NCBI RefSeq assembly: GCF_032062105.1
Contig: NW_026929195.1
Span: 62,001 to 126,000, forward strand
Direction of reading: 5' to 3'
Source of the DNA: Saccostrea cucullata
Taxonomy: Eukaryota
DNA length: 64,000 nt
Below, piece after piece: positions 39,105 through 52,982 of the stretch. Numbering within the stretch: position 1 is the first letter of the stretch; each line of letters starts with the position of its first letter. The position numbers and the translations under genes are program-made. The notes below the pieces were generated by a model, which was not told the DNA's origin, did not search any database, and saw only the letters and a program-made list of their open reading frames with translations.

Positions 39105-41037
39105 AAAACTCGACAGTTTTGAGCGGGAAAAATGCAACCAAATTTTTGTCATGATTTCAGAATACATTTATTTTTATACATTTCCGATGTGTATGATGCC
39201 GCAGATGCTGTAAAAAATAGTTATTGAGAATATACTTGTGTCTAAGAATGGATTTTTTGTCAGAGAAAATATTCCCGGGAGGAAAAAAAACCTTATTAGT
39301 CCGAGATTCGAGCCTCCCAACTCCCAAACCCATAGCCTGCATGGTTGAAGATAAGCACATTGTATATCGATCCGTCATGATCTTACGCGGTACTAATGAA
39401 AAATGTACTACATATATCAGGAACTGAATCGGCGGATCATGACTCAATAAAACTTCATCATTCTTCATGATCTTTGCGGGCAGTGCTTTACCGAGCTAAG
39501 AGCAGATCCATGGACACAGTTAAGAAATAGCATAAAATAAATAGTAAATTCTACGATGCTTTGTGCTTGCTGTTTCTTCCTATCGAATAAAATTAAATAT
39601 TGCATTTGAAAACCGTTTCTGTTTTCTTTTCATGTTTTTTTTTTAATTTATAGTTGTATGACATATTTATGAAAATTTTCTTATCAAAGTTTTTTTTTTT
39701 CAATTAAAAATCCAAAACTTGATTATACATTGATCAAGATATTATACTGGAACATAAATGATTTTTTTGAAAGAAATGTTTATACTGTAAGTAAATGAAT
39801 TTACTTACAGTAATCATTGGACTTTAAAAACAATTTATGAAAAGTTAAAGAGGAAAAGAGGATAAGTTGTGCAAGTGATTAAAAAACAAACGATCATCAT
39901 TATTTACATATATATATATACATGTGCATAAATGTACATATGCTGTATACATGTAATTAATTTCAATCGATTTCCCAGTGAAAGTGTTAAATTACATGAA
40001 GACTTGTATTGGTTGCAATAAAACACCCTGTATATCTCCTTATAACTCACCAGATGCATGTATTATACAATATCCTTGTACCACCTATGGTTAACACATT
40101 CTTGCACGCTAGGAGATTGAAACATATGCACGTCTTTTCCTAGTTCCTCTTTTGGCGCTTTGTCTTTTGGTAATTACATGTAGTTTCTTAATCAATACAA
40201 ACAATTATTTAGTATTACACATGGCCGTAGGAACCGAAGGGGATGGGGAGGGGGTGGTTGGTGGGCTCCAATAATTTCACCGGTGTGAGGATATTCGTTT
40301 ATTTACATTGGGAAAATTTATGAAAATTATGAATTCAATTTCTTATTCTTGGTCTTATATAATGATGAAAATATTTTAATATATTACACATGTTACAAAT
40401 CGTATAATTAACTGTAAATAAATTTTTTAAAAATTTACTCGTGAGGGCAGATCACTCTAACTGCATAAAACTACCCTGTAAGTAAAGCTCTCTATAGTGT
40501 GCAGTGTTTATATATAGCTTAAAAACCACCTAACAGGTGCCTCACCTATAAATTACCAATATAAGCTAATAAATGTAAATATAAAGAACCAGTGCTTTGT
40601 TTGCTGGGTGTCATAGTTGGAAACATCACGGTGGGATAATTTATTTATAAAAGGCTTTGCCTTTATGACAATATTGAATGACTGTACTAAAAATTGTAAT
40701 TTATGCGCCGATAAAGACAATATACTTCATTTACAACATAATAAAATCAAAATTTACTTAATTGGTAAACAAAATGTCTATTATCTGTCACCATCGCACT
40801 TATTTAATTAGAATTACTTAATAGCCATTTTACATATCAATTAATTAATCCAAGATCAGGCCCGGTTGGTGTTAATGAAAACATAGTTTACTCGCCTTAA
40901 TCAACTCAGTACTCAGTGTCAAGCAGCCAATGAGCGCCACTGAGTCACTAATTAAGGGAGATCACTCCATATAGGAATAATAAAGTGCCTTCAGGAGTCA
41001 GTGTGTGTGGAAGTTCAATGACTGGGTATTGTTAGAC

Positions 41038-42128
41038 ATGAAGGAGGTTTTACCAAGATATGCCCCCGGAAAACGGAATTACAGGGAAAGTCCCTCAAAA
41101 AGACGGCGGCTACGGGGCAGTCAGGACGAGGAACGAGAAAAGTTTTGGCAAAACTATCAGGTGAGAATATAAATTTTACGATCATTTAGTCTAGAATGTT
41201 TCGTCTTCCTCTTTATTTCCAAGTCTATTTGTAATGCATGGAACATGTCTTCTGTACAAGCTTGATGAAGTACATGTATTCATTAATTGGTGATATGTAT
41301 GTACTTATTTTTTAATTGTTCATGACATGAAACCTGTCCGTAATTAATTCAGACGTGAATGTGTAAAATTATTTCTTTATAAATGTTGTAACCCCCCTTC
41401 AAATACTAGTAAGTAATTAAATTAGTATGTACACTGTACTTATATTCTATTTTGTATGTATACATACATGACATAGAAACTGTACTACAGTAGCTGCTTA
41501 CCAGTTTTGGGGATTTACTTAGTATATATCGAGAACATCGGTCATTGTTTATTTAAAATTATTTTCTTTTTCATAGGTGTCCGCTAAAGAAAACACTCCA
41601 CCACCCGCAGAACACCCAAACTTCCGTTCTAACACAGAAACGCTGCCATTTTCACCGACTAGTGAAAACTCACGTGGCGACCCCCTACTACCCAGATCTA
41701 TTGAACAGTATTTCCTCCCCATTTCCCCCAAGGAAGAAAACAGTATTCTAGACGCTCCCAACAAAGAAAATAATATTCCAGACAAATCCAACAAAAAAGA
41801 GTTTAGTCAGCCTCTTTGTACTGACAAAGAAATTTATTTAGATCCAAGGGAACTCTCAAAGGATTCCGTGGTCCCATGTCATCTGGATTCGGAATCTTGT
41901 ACAAAAGGTGCGTGTTTTCAAGAACTTTCAGAAAGTTATCACAATATTTCTATGACCGAGGAATCAATGGAACAGGATATGTTGACAAGGATTATAGATC
42001 GCTCCCCCAGGAAGGTATTCCCTGGCAAAACAAAGACAAAGACCACGTCATTTCTATCCCTTCTGTGTTGTATACTACCTAACGATGACCATGTACTTAC
42101 TAGCAATGTGTATCGTCATAAAAAATAA
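41038..42128 (+). CDS. Uncharacterised 2-exon, largely disordered protein (224 aa)
   Basis: Exon 41038-41160 (MKEVLPRYAPGKRNYRESPSKRRRLRGSQDEEREKFWQNYQ, donor cag|gtgag) joins in phase 0 to 41577-42128 after a tttcatag acceptor. AATAAA overlaps the stop. Confidence 0.72.
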
Positions 42129-42833
42129 AGCATATTGAACAAATGGAAGACTTCGTTCTGTTTTGTCTCATGGATATGTTATATGAATGTGTAAGTGCAT
42201 TGTCACTGCCCAGGCATTCGTTGTCTGCATACAAAATTCAGACGTACTGGTTTACTTAATTCTTGTATTCCATTCTCAAATCTAAGACCATGTGAAAAGT
42301 GTATCCTCAAATTGTAATATATAACTTTTAATTATACATTGTGTATTTGAACTTGTAATTTATATTTAATTCACCTGCTTTACCTAAATATTTATGTCTT
42401 AATCAAACTGTTTCAGTTTTTTTCTGGACACATGCGTCCTGAACTAAGTTAAGTATACCTCAAAAGAATTTTCTTTTATAGACAAAAAAACCTAGCTGTC
42501 TAGTGTTAAAACATATTTATTTCAATATGTTATATAAATAAAAAAGCGAAAACAGTTCCCGCTGTCAACTCCGAGCTGCCACAAATATATCTACAAAAGA
42601 CAGAAAAAAAAATAAAGAAAAAGTTGGAAATTGATTTTTTTAAAAAAAAATCAAAGTTACATGTAGTTCTTTAAGCACAATTTCTAGCATTTAAGTTTTT
42701 AAAAAATCGAGCTAATTGTAACAAAGTGATTCCATTAATATTGATACATCAGAATATTAAAACAAAAATTCTTATGGTGTAATACCTTAATTTTGTTGTG
42801 ATTTAGGCAGGGGAGGTAACCGCCAGTAACCGC

Positions 42834-43536
42834 TTAACCTGAGAGGTTAAGGTTACCGTTCAGAAGGAATGGTGTTAGAGCTAAAAGAGCTGAAAATAAA
42901 GAATAAAAAAAAAAATTAAATTCATGAGCATATAATCTTAGACTGATTATAAAAATCTTAAAATTTGCATAAATTAATTCATAAATTGATTCTTTTTATT
43001 TTATATGGATATAAAAAGATTTTTATAAATATATTCTGATTTGTTACCAATCCTATTTTTTAAAATCACATAAAAGCAATCTTACCCAAAAGAGCACCGT
43101 TTCCTCCGAAAACTCCTTGGTCATTGTTATCCTCTAGACCCAGACCCAGACCAATGGGGAGGGGAGCGGGCTGGACCGGGGCGGTAACTGGTGTGGGGAC
43201 AGCATATGGCACGTATACGGTCTTTGATTTCTTGTGTCCGTATCCATGTCCGCTTGATCCGTATCCGGATAATTTGTGTCCGTATCCACTCATTCCTGTG
43301 CTGTATCCGCCATATCCAGCATCATATCCGCCAATTCCTCCGGCATATCCAGCGTCATATCCACCAATTCCTCCGGCATATCCGGCAACGTATCCGGTCT
43401 GGTCATATCCACTTGTGTATCCGGATGAGTATCCCGACTGATCGTATGATCCGCCACTGGAATATCCGTAATCGGCGCGGACAAGTGCGACGCCGAGAAC
43501 CAGAAGGGCAGCGAGAGAGACAGCTGAGGAACGCAT
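42834..43536 (-). CDS. Secreted Gly/Tyr-rich protein, FGGNG-tail family gene B (168 aa)
   Basis: Exons 43536-43086 and 42889-42834 (ALLALTPFLLNGNLNLSG*). ATG after tttctag, exon 1 donor at 43678, TATA ~43721-43730, 3'UTR intron donor at 42786. Confidence 0.9.
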
Positions 43537-45433
43537 CTAGAAACGAAAAATCAAAGATGAAAAAATACGAAATTTATACAGAGAACGAAATGCTAAAAAA
43601 ATATTCATGAATTCCACGCAACTTTTCTTTTTCAATATTCAATATTTAGTTGACTTAGAAATTTCCGATATATTAACCTTGTAATTAAATGATTTGTGAA
43701 ATGATAGTAAAATTGACTTCTTTATATATACCCTTCTATCCGACACGTTTGCAGACAGGTTATGATTTGACTTACAACGACAACACTATTACCTGTTAAT
43801 GTGGGACCTACCTTGTTAGTATTACGAAACAGGTATGTGCTCAAGAGGAAGTCATAGTGGTAAAAAATCTGAAAAGGTCATTACGCTCCATTCCTTAAAA
43901 GTAATAAAAAATCGAGTATATTTAGTAAAAAATGCTTGTTTTTATTGTTTGTTAATACATAATAAAGAATATTTATATGATACATATATTACATATTAGT
44001 AGTAGTATTTATATATAATATAGAAAGAAAAACTAAAAAAAAATGTACACTAAACCAATACGTTAGTTAAAAAATCGGACTGCAATAATGCAATCATGGG
44101 TGATCTAATTTTCTTAATGTGAAACTAACCTTTAATATCTCTAAAAAAGATGAATAACAAATTTCGATTTCAATGTAATTTGCAACTCTCCATTCCTTAA
44201 AAGTAATGGAGCGCTCAAACAAAAGAATGACGTCATAGGTGGATTTTACATATATTACTAGCACACATACGAGTTAAATACCAATAATGCAAACTAAGCT
44301 AAAGATGAATATTTTTAGTAGCTGCACCATCCCCACCCCTCACCCTAATTTTTTAGCATCTATATTTTTAAATTATTAAAATAAAATTTGTGGATGAACG
44401 TTGTGTGTGTGTTTTTCCGCTTTAACGTTCTCTGATCTGAAATTAAATCAAGGCCTGTAGCTGATATCCACCTATATTGTACGATCATTCCTTATGGCAA
44501 ATATTTAATTAAAAATATGTTCATCGTCAAAGACACAAATTTATGTGTATTTCACAGGTCACGTTTCTCTCCATTTATAAAGATTTCCTGTACTGCTATA
44601 GTGTTACTTTATCATGTCGATCTGTTTGCGAAGACCGAAGGACCGAAGAATTTTCAATTTCTGACAAATATAAAAAAAAAATGATTTTTAAAAAATAAGT
44701 CATGACGTTTTTTAAATGTAAAAAAAAGTTTTTAAATTAACATGGTATTGTTTGTTTGGGGTAAAAATTACAAATTTGTTAAAGTCATTTTGCATCAAAT
44801 ATTTTCAAAGGTTTACCTATAAGATAAAAAATCAATTTGTAGCAAGAAACAGCAGTATCGAAACCAAAAACAAAGTACATGTACAAGTATGAGTAAAAAA
44901 AATCCAAGAATCAGAGAAAGACAAAGTTAAAAAAAAAATAAAGTTAACATGATCATTCTATCATAAATATAAATAGATACATGTATATATAGAGAGTTGT
45001 TTTATTTCGAATTCTGCCCAGGTTAGGCTAACTTTAAATAATGTTTGTTTGCCCTCTCCCGACTCAGGATGAAAATAAATGGGTCGGTAGGTAGGTGTAC
45101 AGGAGTTCGTGTACTTATCAATTTTACTGAAAATTTCAGTAAGTTATTAAAAAAAAATACGTCATATCTATTATTTTAATTTACTGAAAATTTCGGTAAA
45201 ACTGATACCATGTAGGTACGCGAACTCCTGTAATAATGCGAATTTTTATTTTCAGAAAATTTCGAGTTTAATGCTAATTTCTTAAAATCTTTTTTCCAGA
45301 ATGCATCATAAAAGCATCTCGGGGATAAGAAAAAGTTTAGTAGGCCATGGGTCATTTTTTGCAAGCTTGGAGAGGTAAACCAAACACTTTTTGAAAGATG
45401 TCCTTAAAAGAATAGAGCTTTTAACTGCATGAA

Positions 45434-46010
45434 AACAAGATGCATTTGTGAAATAATGATGCCCCCTATGGCAGCTTATGGCGAGGGTTGAATTCTCTCA
45501 AATTCTGAAGATAAAACTCCAAAGGTCAAAGTCAAAAGGTGTTACAAGGAATACACCTGTGAAATATGAGAACCCTAGTTCTAACTGTTCAAAACTTACG
45601 ACCAAGGTAACTTTTTAAAAAAAAAATATGTAAGCTCTTAGGTCAAGGTTAAAAGGTCAAAATATTAACACCAGCTGAAAGGTCTTGTCACAATAAATAC
45701 ACATTTGACGTATAAAAGCTTTACCTCCAACTGTTCAAAAGTTATGGCCAAGGTTAAACTGTGGTATTTTTAGTAAAAGTAGGTCAAACTTATAGGTCAA
45801 GAGGTCAAATTTGGTAATACCCAAAGATAGGTCTTGTCACAAGGAATACACCTGTGAAATATGAAAGCCATATCCCCATCCACTCAATAGAAATTGGGCT
45901 AGGCTAAGTTTGACAACAGGTAGACAGAAAAAAAAAACAGATAGACAGACAGACAAACGGAACAACAACAATATACCACCGGGATCTTTCGATCCAGGGA
46001 CATAAAAAAA
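45434..46010 (-). mobile_element. HINE-like element in reverse orientation
   Basis: aaacaagatg end, ~145-bp aggtcaa-rich repeats, a (gaca)n microsatellite and terminal IR gggatctttcgatcc followed by an A-run. Confidence 0.62.
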
Positions 46011-48174
46011 TTGCATGAGTCGATTAATACTTCTCTGTAGTATTACATGTACATGTATTCATGTCGGTAATTCTGTGCCCGTAATTGTTCGGCCAGATTC
46101 CGCCCCGTTTGCTTAGATCTGTTTTAATTATTTATTTTATTTGTTGAGTTTTATATCTACCTAAATAACTTTTAAATGTAAAAGTATTTGATTTCATACA
46201 TGGATGCATATATAAAGTTATACAATTTGCCAAAATACGTGTTTTAATTATATGTATACTTTAAATTTTTATTTAAAAAACCTCAGTTCTCCCTAAATAT
46301 TTTTTTTAAATAGGCTTGCATTAACATTTTTAGATTAAAAAAAATGCCTATGTGTTTATCATAAGTACAATATTACAGAATTAATGAACTAAATTTAATT
46401 CATTTTTAGATTAAAAAAAAAAAAATGCCTATGTGTTACAATCACTCATAGTAGTTTTACCATATTTACAGATAAATTAAATTTGAACTAAATTTAATTC
46501 AAAATAATTCAAGTAAACTGAAAGTTTATTCCCAACGCTTTACGAGACACACTGTTAAATTATAGGTTTTCCTTTTGAGACCATGTTTTATTCGCATAAA
46601 ATTATCACACCTGCTTGCTTCAAAATAGCTTGATCTTCATCATACAAACAAAAAATAGACATTCTTCATTAAAGTGATTCCGTAGATCACATGCTATACC
46701 CCCACCTCCCCTTCCCCGCAAGTGATTTATTATATCACGCCTACAAGAAAAAGTAAAAATATGAATATTACAAGATCAATATTGGTTATATATTAGATAC
46801 GATTTATGTATTGTAAATCCGATTACTAAATTACATGTACATATGTATGTGATTTTCGATGTATGAAAAGATATCACATTGCTCAAAGTAAGCAATTCAA
46901 AATATATATTTTTTCAAACATCGCTTTTATTTATTAAGTAGAGTTTGTTAGCATTACGGGTACCATTCATACTTGTATATAGCATAAGTGGAACGACTAA
47001 ACCTATAGAATGTTAAGATTAATATATTTTCAAATATAATAATATGTTATTTTTGTGACTATAGAATAATCATACTTCATTACATACGAGTATATCTATC
47101 CCACAAATTGGAAGAAATATGTAATGAAGTTGATTTTGAGATTATCTCCCTTTGAATATTCTACGAACATTGTATTACATCTTCATTTCCAATTTCTGGA
47201 TATTATCTGTGACACTAGTATATTACTCTCTATTTCGTGTTGTTTTATATTTTGAGGGATTTGTTCCATTGATATCATTATCATTGATATCATCTTGAAC
47301 TTGCTCATCAACAGTGTATAATAAACATTAAGTGTGATATATTTTGCATTGCACACCCTTTAACACAAACTTCATTTTTATTCCAATACTATTTAGAGTA
47401 CCTAACATCCAAAGCGTTATGTACACAGAGAACATGTAGTCTTATTATATCAGACAATGCATACTTTGCATCCAAACTTCCACACAAAGAGACCATTTTT
47501 ATTTTTAAAACCTCCCAGAATGATAGCCGATTGCCCGAACTATTTTTTTTAAATAAGTAACTAAATGGCCCCAAGTAAGGTCGATCAAAACATTCGCTCT
47601 GAATCTCAAACCTCAAAGGAAAGATTAACTGCAACATACCCAAGTTCGAATTCATTTAGCCCACTCCTTTTATATGTAAAAGGACATAAAAAATGTCAAT
47701 ATGTTTTTTTTTTCTATTTGGAAGAAACTCAATCAAACCCTGCTCGAGCATGATTTTAATGAAAGAGTTTCTTGTTTACTATGCGCTTTGCGTACCAATT
47801 CTTCAATTCACAAGTGTTGATTTTCTCGGTGCATGAAATGACCTTTTAGCAAATAACAAAATAAATATACTTATGGTGAATATTTCTATTTTTATTACAG
47901 ATTTCTCAATTTGTATACAATAAAAATAGAACAAGATGCACATTGGATGGCTTGCTTCGCCTAAAAAAAGAAAACGAGAATGAACAAATATATCTCTTTA
48001 CGTATATGAAAATTAATGTACAGTTATGATGCCTATCTTATCATTTATAAATCTAAGAATTTATAATAGGATTTTCATAATTTCTTCTAAATTATTTTAC
48101 AAAGTCTGACAGTATTTTTTTCAATATTTACCTTCATTGAGGACATATTTGGTAAGCTGATGATCACGTTAACT

Positions 48175-48839
48175 TTAACCGGTAGTAGTAGCGGTGTTCT
48201 GGAGAAGGAGGGGCAACAAAACCAAGAGGACTGCAAACAAAAATGAGAATATTGATATATATTTATTTTAATTTAAAAAGTTATTCACCTTTGTCAAAAT
48301 ATATTTAATTTATTTTATTTCAATTGTCTTGCTTTTTAATTTTTTTTTTTCGTTATATGCTTTTATATTAAAGAGATATACATTTGCAGTGGTGAAAATA
48401 AGGAGTTGTTTTTCATTGATACGGATTAAATGAACTTACATAAAAGTCCAGCGCCGTTTCCGCCAAAGATACCGTTATTCTGGTTCTGTGTGTTGCCAAG
48501 AGCCAGCTCCAGAGGGATAGAAGGAGCAGCCACAGGAGGAGTGACTGGGGTGGGGACGGCGTATGGGATGTACATAGTCTTGCCGGATTTTCCCATACGA
48601 GCATATCCCATTCCGGATCCCATTGTGTAGCCTAGTCCTGATCCTACTCCCATGGCGTAACCAGTGGACAGTGGTCCGTAGCTGGGAGAAAATCCTCCTC
48701 CAATGTAGATCAAACGATCGTCATCGAATAGATCATCGTCAAATCTGTCATCGAAATCATCAGAAATAAAACCAATCTGGGCGTGGACTGCAGCCACAGC
48801 AACGAGAGCTAGAACGGCGAGAGTGACGAAGGAGCGCAT
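48175..48839 (-). CDS. Secreted Asp-rich + Gly/Tyr/Met-rich protein, FGGNG-tail family gene C (151 aa)
   Basis: Exons 48839-48440 and 48230-48175 (FLLVLLPLLLQNTATTTG*). Signal peptide, SDDFDDRFDDDLFDDDR, KSGKTMYIPYAVPTPV and [15 protein letters not shown]. Exon 1 donor at 49053. Confidence 0.9.
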
Positions 48840-50639
48840 CTAAAAAAGATAAGGATCATTTATTATAAATAATTTTTTTGCAAAATAAATAAATCAAGTA
48901 TATTTAAGGAAAAAGTAACAAATGTTTTTGTAACAAAACTTGATATGAATAATATATTTTAATTTTTTTTAAAAAAAGTTCAACCATATGAATACTGAAT
49001 CTTTGGAAACATTTAATAAAAAAATAAAGTTACTGGCAACTTGATCTTTTACCTTGTAGTGCAAAAGTTTGTGTGGTGAAAGAACTGAAATTCTGGAAAT
49101 ATATATGCAAAGGATTCATGGTCGGTCGCCTTCAAGACGTAATCCTGCGGGTAACAGTCAGACAGACTTTACATAGAAGTAGATATGTATAGGTAATAAG
49201 CATGTGATCTCGGGTAACACGTCTCCTCTCAGGGCATTGGACACGTGTTACATAAAATGTTCTGCTTTAATTTGTTTTGGTACATATTTTTGTGCATTCC
49301 ATTTCATAATCTTGCATTAATGTGTTTATCTGTAGTACATGATATGATTTTTCTTTAAAATAAAATCCATTTGCATAAATCAGGAAGGATGTTAAATAAA
49401 TTCGTTTATTTAGAACACGTACGCAAGAAAGAAAATATAATTATTCATTAAAGCTGTGATCTTTAATCCTAAAATATTTGCTTCGAGAAATCAAATATTC
49501 GTGACAATTTTTTATATTGAAAAGTAACATTCATATCCTATTCAAATTCAATATTAAGATTTTCTTAACTATAAACCATATTTCGTGATAGTTAATGAAA
49601 TTCAGAAAGTTAACATCAAAGTTTAAAAAAATATCGCATTAATTATGAAACAAGTAGCATAACCCTAAAGGAAAGAAAAGTCTGTCAAAGTTCTTATTCG
49701 AAAAAGAATAAAAGCTAAATTAGAGAATTTGATGTATCAATTTATTGAAGCTGAATTCCATTACGTATTCATGTATGAACATGTATAGAGAAATACAAAT
49801 GTGGGTGTATATCCTGCAGTAACCACAGCGTGGGGCTGCATAGCTGATGAGACAATATTTATTTTTATTTATTCATTAAGTTTAGATACAGTTTTTTATT
49901 TTTGAAATTTTCATTTATTTTTGAAATCTTTCATTTGCTTTACTGATACCACCTCATTTTATTTTATTGTTGTCTAGTGTTTCTTTTATATCTATAAATT
50001 AAACCTTGTTATTTACTTTAAAAATTCCTGTAATAAGGGCCCTGGGGACTGAAACCTTTGGAGTAACATCATATGATGGCAAATGTGTAATCTCTCCAGG
50101 ATCCTATTTTCTTTCAATTTTTGGCCTCTTGAACAATTTTTTTTTCTTTACAGTCACAACAATGCATATCTTACCTATGTAGGTAGGGACTGACCCAATC
50201 ACTAGGCAGGACGTTTATTGATGAGGAACATAAATTATTTTTTTTCTTCTTTCTTAGTTTGGTTTAGCTATATCTGTGTGAATTTTTAATTCTCTAAACT
50301 TTCAAATTATTTAATTATTTTTTATTGTTATTAATAATACAATTAATTATTTTTAATCTGACTTTATGGGTTAAACGTAGTGCTTAATTTATATTACTGT
50401 CATATGACTTTTATTTATTTATTTTATAATATTCACATTATTTTTATTTTTGTTCCTCTTAATGCAATCATATTGCTTTTCAAGTTTGTCTTTTTTTTTC
50501 TTTAACTAATTCTAAAAAATCATTAACTCTTAAAATTTGTTGAATTCTTAAAAATTCGTTTTATCTGCCATATGTATGTGTATATATGCACATGTGTTTT
50601 TGCATGTTAATTTATGTTGTAAATGTTTTCTTGTGATAT

Positions 50640-50743
50640 TTTAACTGTGATAGTCGGTTTAAGAGCTCTACAGAGCTAATGTTTATTGTTATGCAATGTA
50701 TACAATGCCGACTTCAGATAAAATTTACTTACTTACTTACTTA
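50640..50743 (+). mobile_element. Possible 3' end of a non-LTR retroelement with a (TTAC)n tail
   Basis: ataaaatttacttacttacttactta tail after a structured segment. No RT ORF seen. Confidence 0.3.
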
Positions 50744-51101
50744 TATAATGTGTAAATTATTTGAAATGACATAAAAATTATATTTCTTTTTTCAATTAAA
50801 ATGGGAAATATCAGTAGTAATTATCTATGCTTTCAAATAAGTCTATTTTGCAACTTGCAATTGCCTTAAACCAAAATTTAATGGTTTATGAAAACTGTGT
50901 CAGTGCATTGACAATATTAAATTAAAAACCTGTGTATGTTTCTATTAGTGAAATGATTCCAAGAGGTCTTATCACGCAGAGTTCCTGAATTAAAAACGAG
51001 ACAATGTCATATTAGATAACTAGCATTCGTGTTAGGGTCAATCTAGGTTAAATTCAAGTATTTGTTGATATATCAGATAGGAGACCTAAATTTTGACGAG
51101 A

Positions 51102-52196
51102 ATGGCTTTTAATGTGGAATTTTTATTAATTCTTTGCATGATGACGTTTGCACAGTCTAAGTCAATAGAAGACGAAGAAAACAATGCTTTCCTGTTGAAA
51201 ATTATTGAAAAGCACGAGCGAATGATAGCACGTCTTGAAGAGAAAATAGACAAACAGGACAGACGGATTTTTGAGCTTGAGAAAAATTGTGCGCCTCACT
51301 CACTAAAACTTTCAAAAACATTCCGTGAAGATTCCAAAAGTTCATCTCAAAGTGCAATATTGATAAATGAATCGGGAAAAGAGGGAAGTTTAAAGAACAG
51401 TTTCCTTCGATCAGTATCCCAGAGGAATAAAAGCAAAAGTATCAAAACGTTGGAAGGCAAGAAAGAGCGGCCCCGAAGGTTACTTCTGGGTATGTACATG
51501 TACACTTACATCAAAAGAGGAACATAATACTTCCCTCCATCCCCTCCCTTCCTTCTTTTAAATTTTGGAAGGTAAATGTAAAGGTAGATTACTTGATTGG
51601 AATATTGTAAATCATGGTGGCATTAAGCATCGATCCTGATGCAAATTACGTCATTTTATCACGCACAAAGGACAAACTAACCCATCCACAAACACATGCA
51701 CAATACTATTTACCCTCCAACTACATTACAAGGGGATAACAAATGGCATTTTTCCTTTGCAGGGTCAACTACAGCCCCATCAGTAGAAGACTCCGGGGCG
51801 GTAGGATTTTATGCATATCTTGGAGCTCATGATTCAACACCGGCAGCCAATAAAATGATTAAGTTTGACTCTATTAAAGTTAATGTTGGTAACGCTTACA
51901 ATCCCTTCAGTGGCGTCTTCACCATTCCCGAGGCCGGAGTCTATGTGTTTTCTTGGACAATCGAATGTGATGGCGGTGGAAGCATTTTCACCCAAATAGT
52001 TAAAAATAACGAATTTTTCGGTTCTATCGCATCCGATAGTACCCAGGAATCAGAATATCGCATGTCCACGGGCGTGGCCCTGACCTTGGCGAATAAAGGC
52101 GATATTGTTTTTGTTCGCGTCAATTATGTTCATGGTTCCAGAATTCACAGCTCTAATGAGGCGCGCTCTTCCTTTAGTGGCTGGAAATTAAACTGA
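51102..52196 (+). CDS. C1q-domain-containing protein 1 (signal peptide + coiled coil + globular C1q; 273 aa)
   Basis: Exons 51102-51489 and 51763-52196 (phase 1). gC1q motifs VGFYAYL, IKFDSIKVNVGNAYNPFSGVFTIPEAGVYVFSWT, LTLANKGDIVFV and SSFSGWKL. Confidence 0.93.
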
Positions 52197-52982
52197 TTGT
52201 GATGAAAAGATGAAAGTGTTATTTTCTGTCAGATAATTTTTCAAAGTTACTTTAAGAAAATAATAAATAATTCTACTTTAAATTTGTTTAGTTCACTTCA
52301 ATTTGTTTTCTTCTGATTTGGATGGAAAGATTGGTATATATTCATAGTAATATTGATTTTTTCATGTACATATCGAAAAAAAAAAGAGGCTAAAAGTTCA
52401 ATTCTCTTCAGAGCTTCTTTGTTTGCGTTTGCAGTTGCTACATGTATGCCCTTCCTGTCAGACGCAGCAGATTTATAGTATTTCATATAACTGGATTCTG
52501 TTTTGTATAAATATACCTTTAAAAATAAATGACAAGAACAGGAGCAATACTAGGCTTATTATATTGATTCAAAAAAGGGAAAAAACCCTTTATCTTTTAA
52601 ACGACAATAACGTCTGAAAACAATTGAAACAGTCATCTGTCATTTTAGGCTACTCATGTCAGAAAACACACAGACCTCTTCTTGTCTTTATTCTTTTGTA
52701 AGTGAAATTAAGTATGTACATTTACCGGTTTACATTGAATTTTAAGGAAATTCGTCTCCAAGATTAAATTCAAATGTACGCGTAGAGTTTGGTTGAATTG
52801 TTCAGTCCCCTTTGAGAATTTTTAGTGAAGATAATGATTTGCAACAAAATCTATCAGAGAACAAGGAAAATCACTTTGACGTGCTTTTGGACCGTGAAAG
52901 GGGCCAATGTTTGTTTAGATCCTGCTGTAATTTCTATGTTAATTTGGGGACCTTGAGAATTTTTCTTATTCCCGATACGATG

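Noticed and set aside
39240-39440. Possible tRNA-derived SINE or tRNA remnant
   Set aside because: Only a weak B-box-like gattcgagcc; no cloverleaf, A-box or TSD could be supported.
35119-43536. Genes A and B as an uncollapsed haplotype duplicate
   Set aside because: Introns, UTRs, promoters and tail exons are strongly diverged, so they are true paralogues.
35426-43610. Antisense and alternative-frame Arg/Ile/His- or Pro/Tyr-rich ORFs over genes A and B (similar ones over D and the MGRR genes)
   Set aside because: They are shadows of GGA-TAC/TAT low-complexity codons with no independent promoter or splice support.
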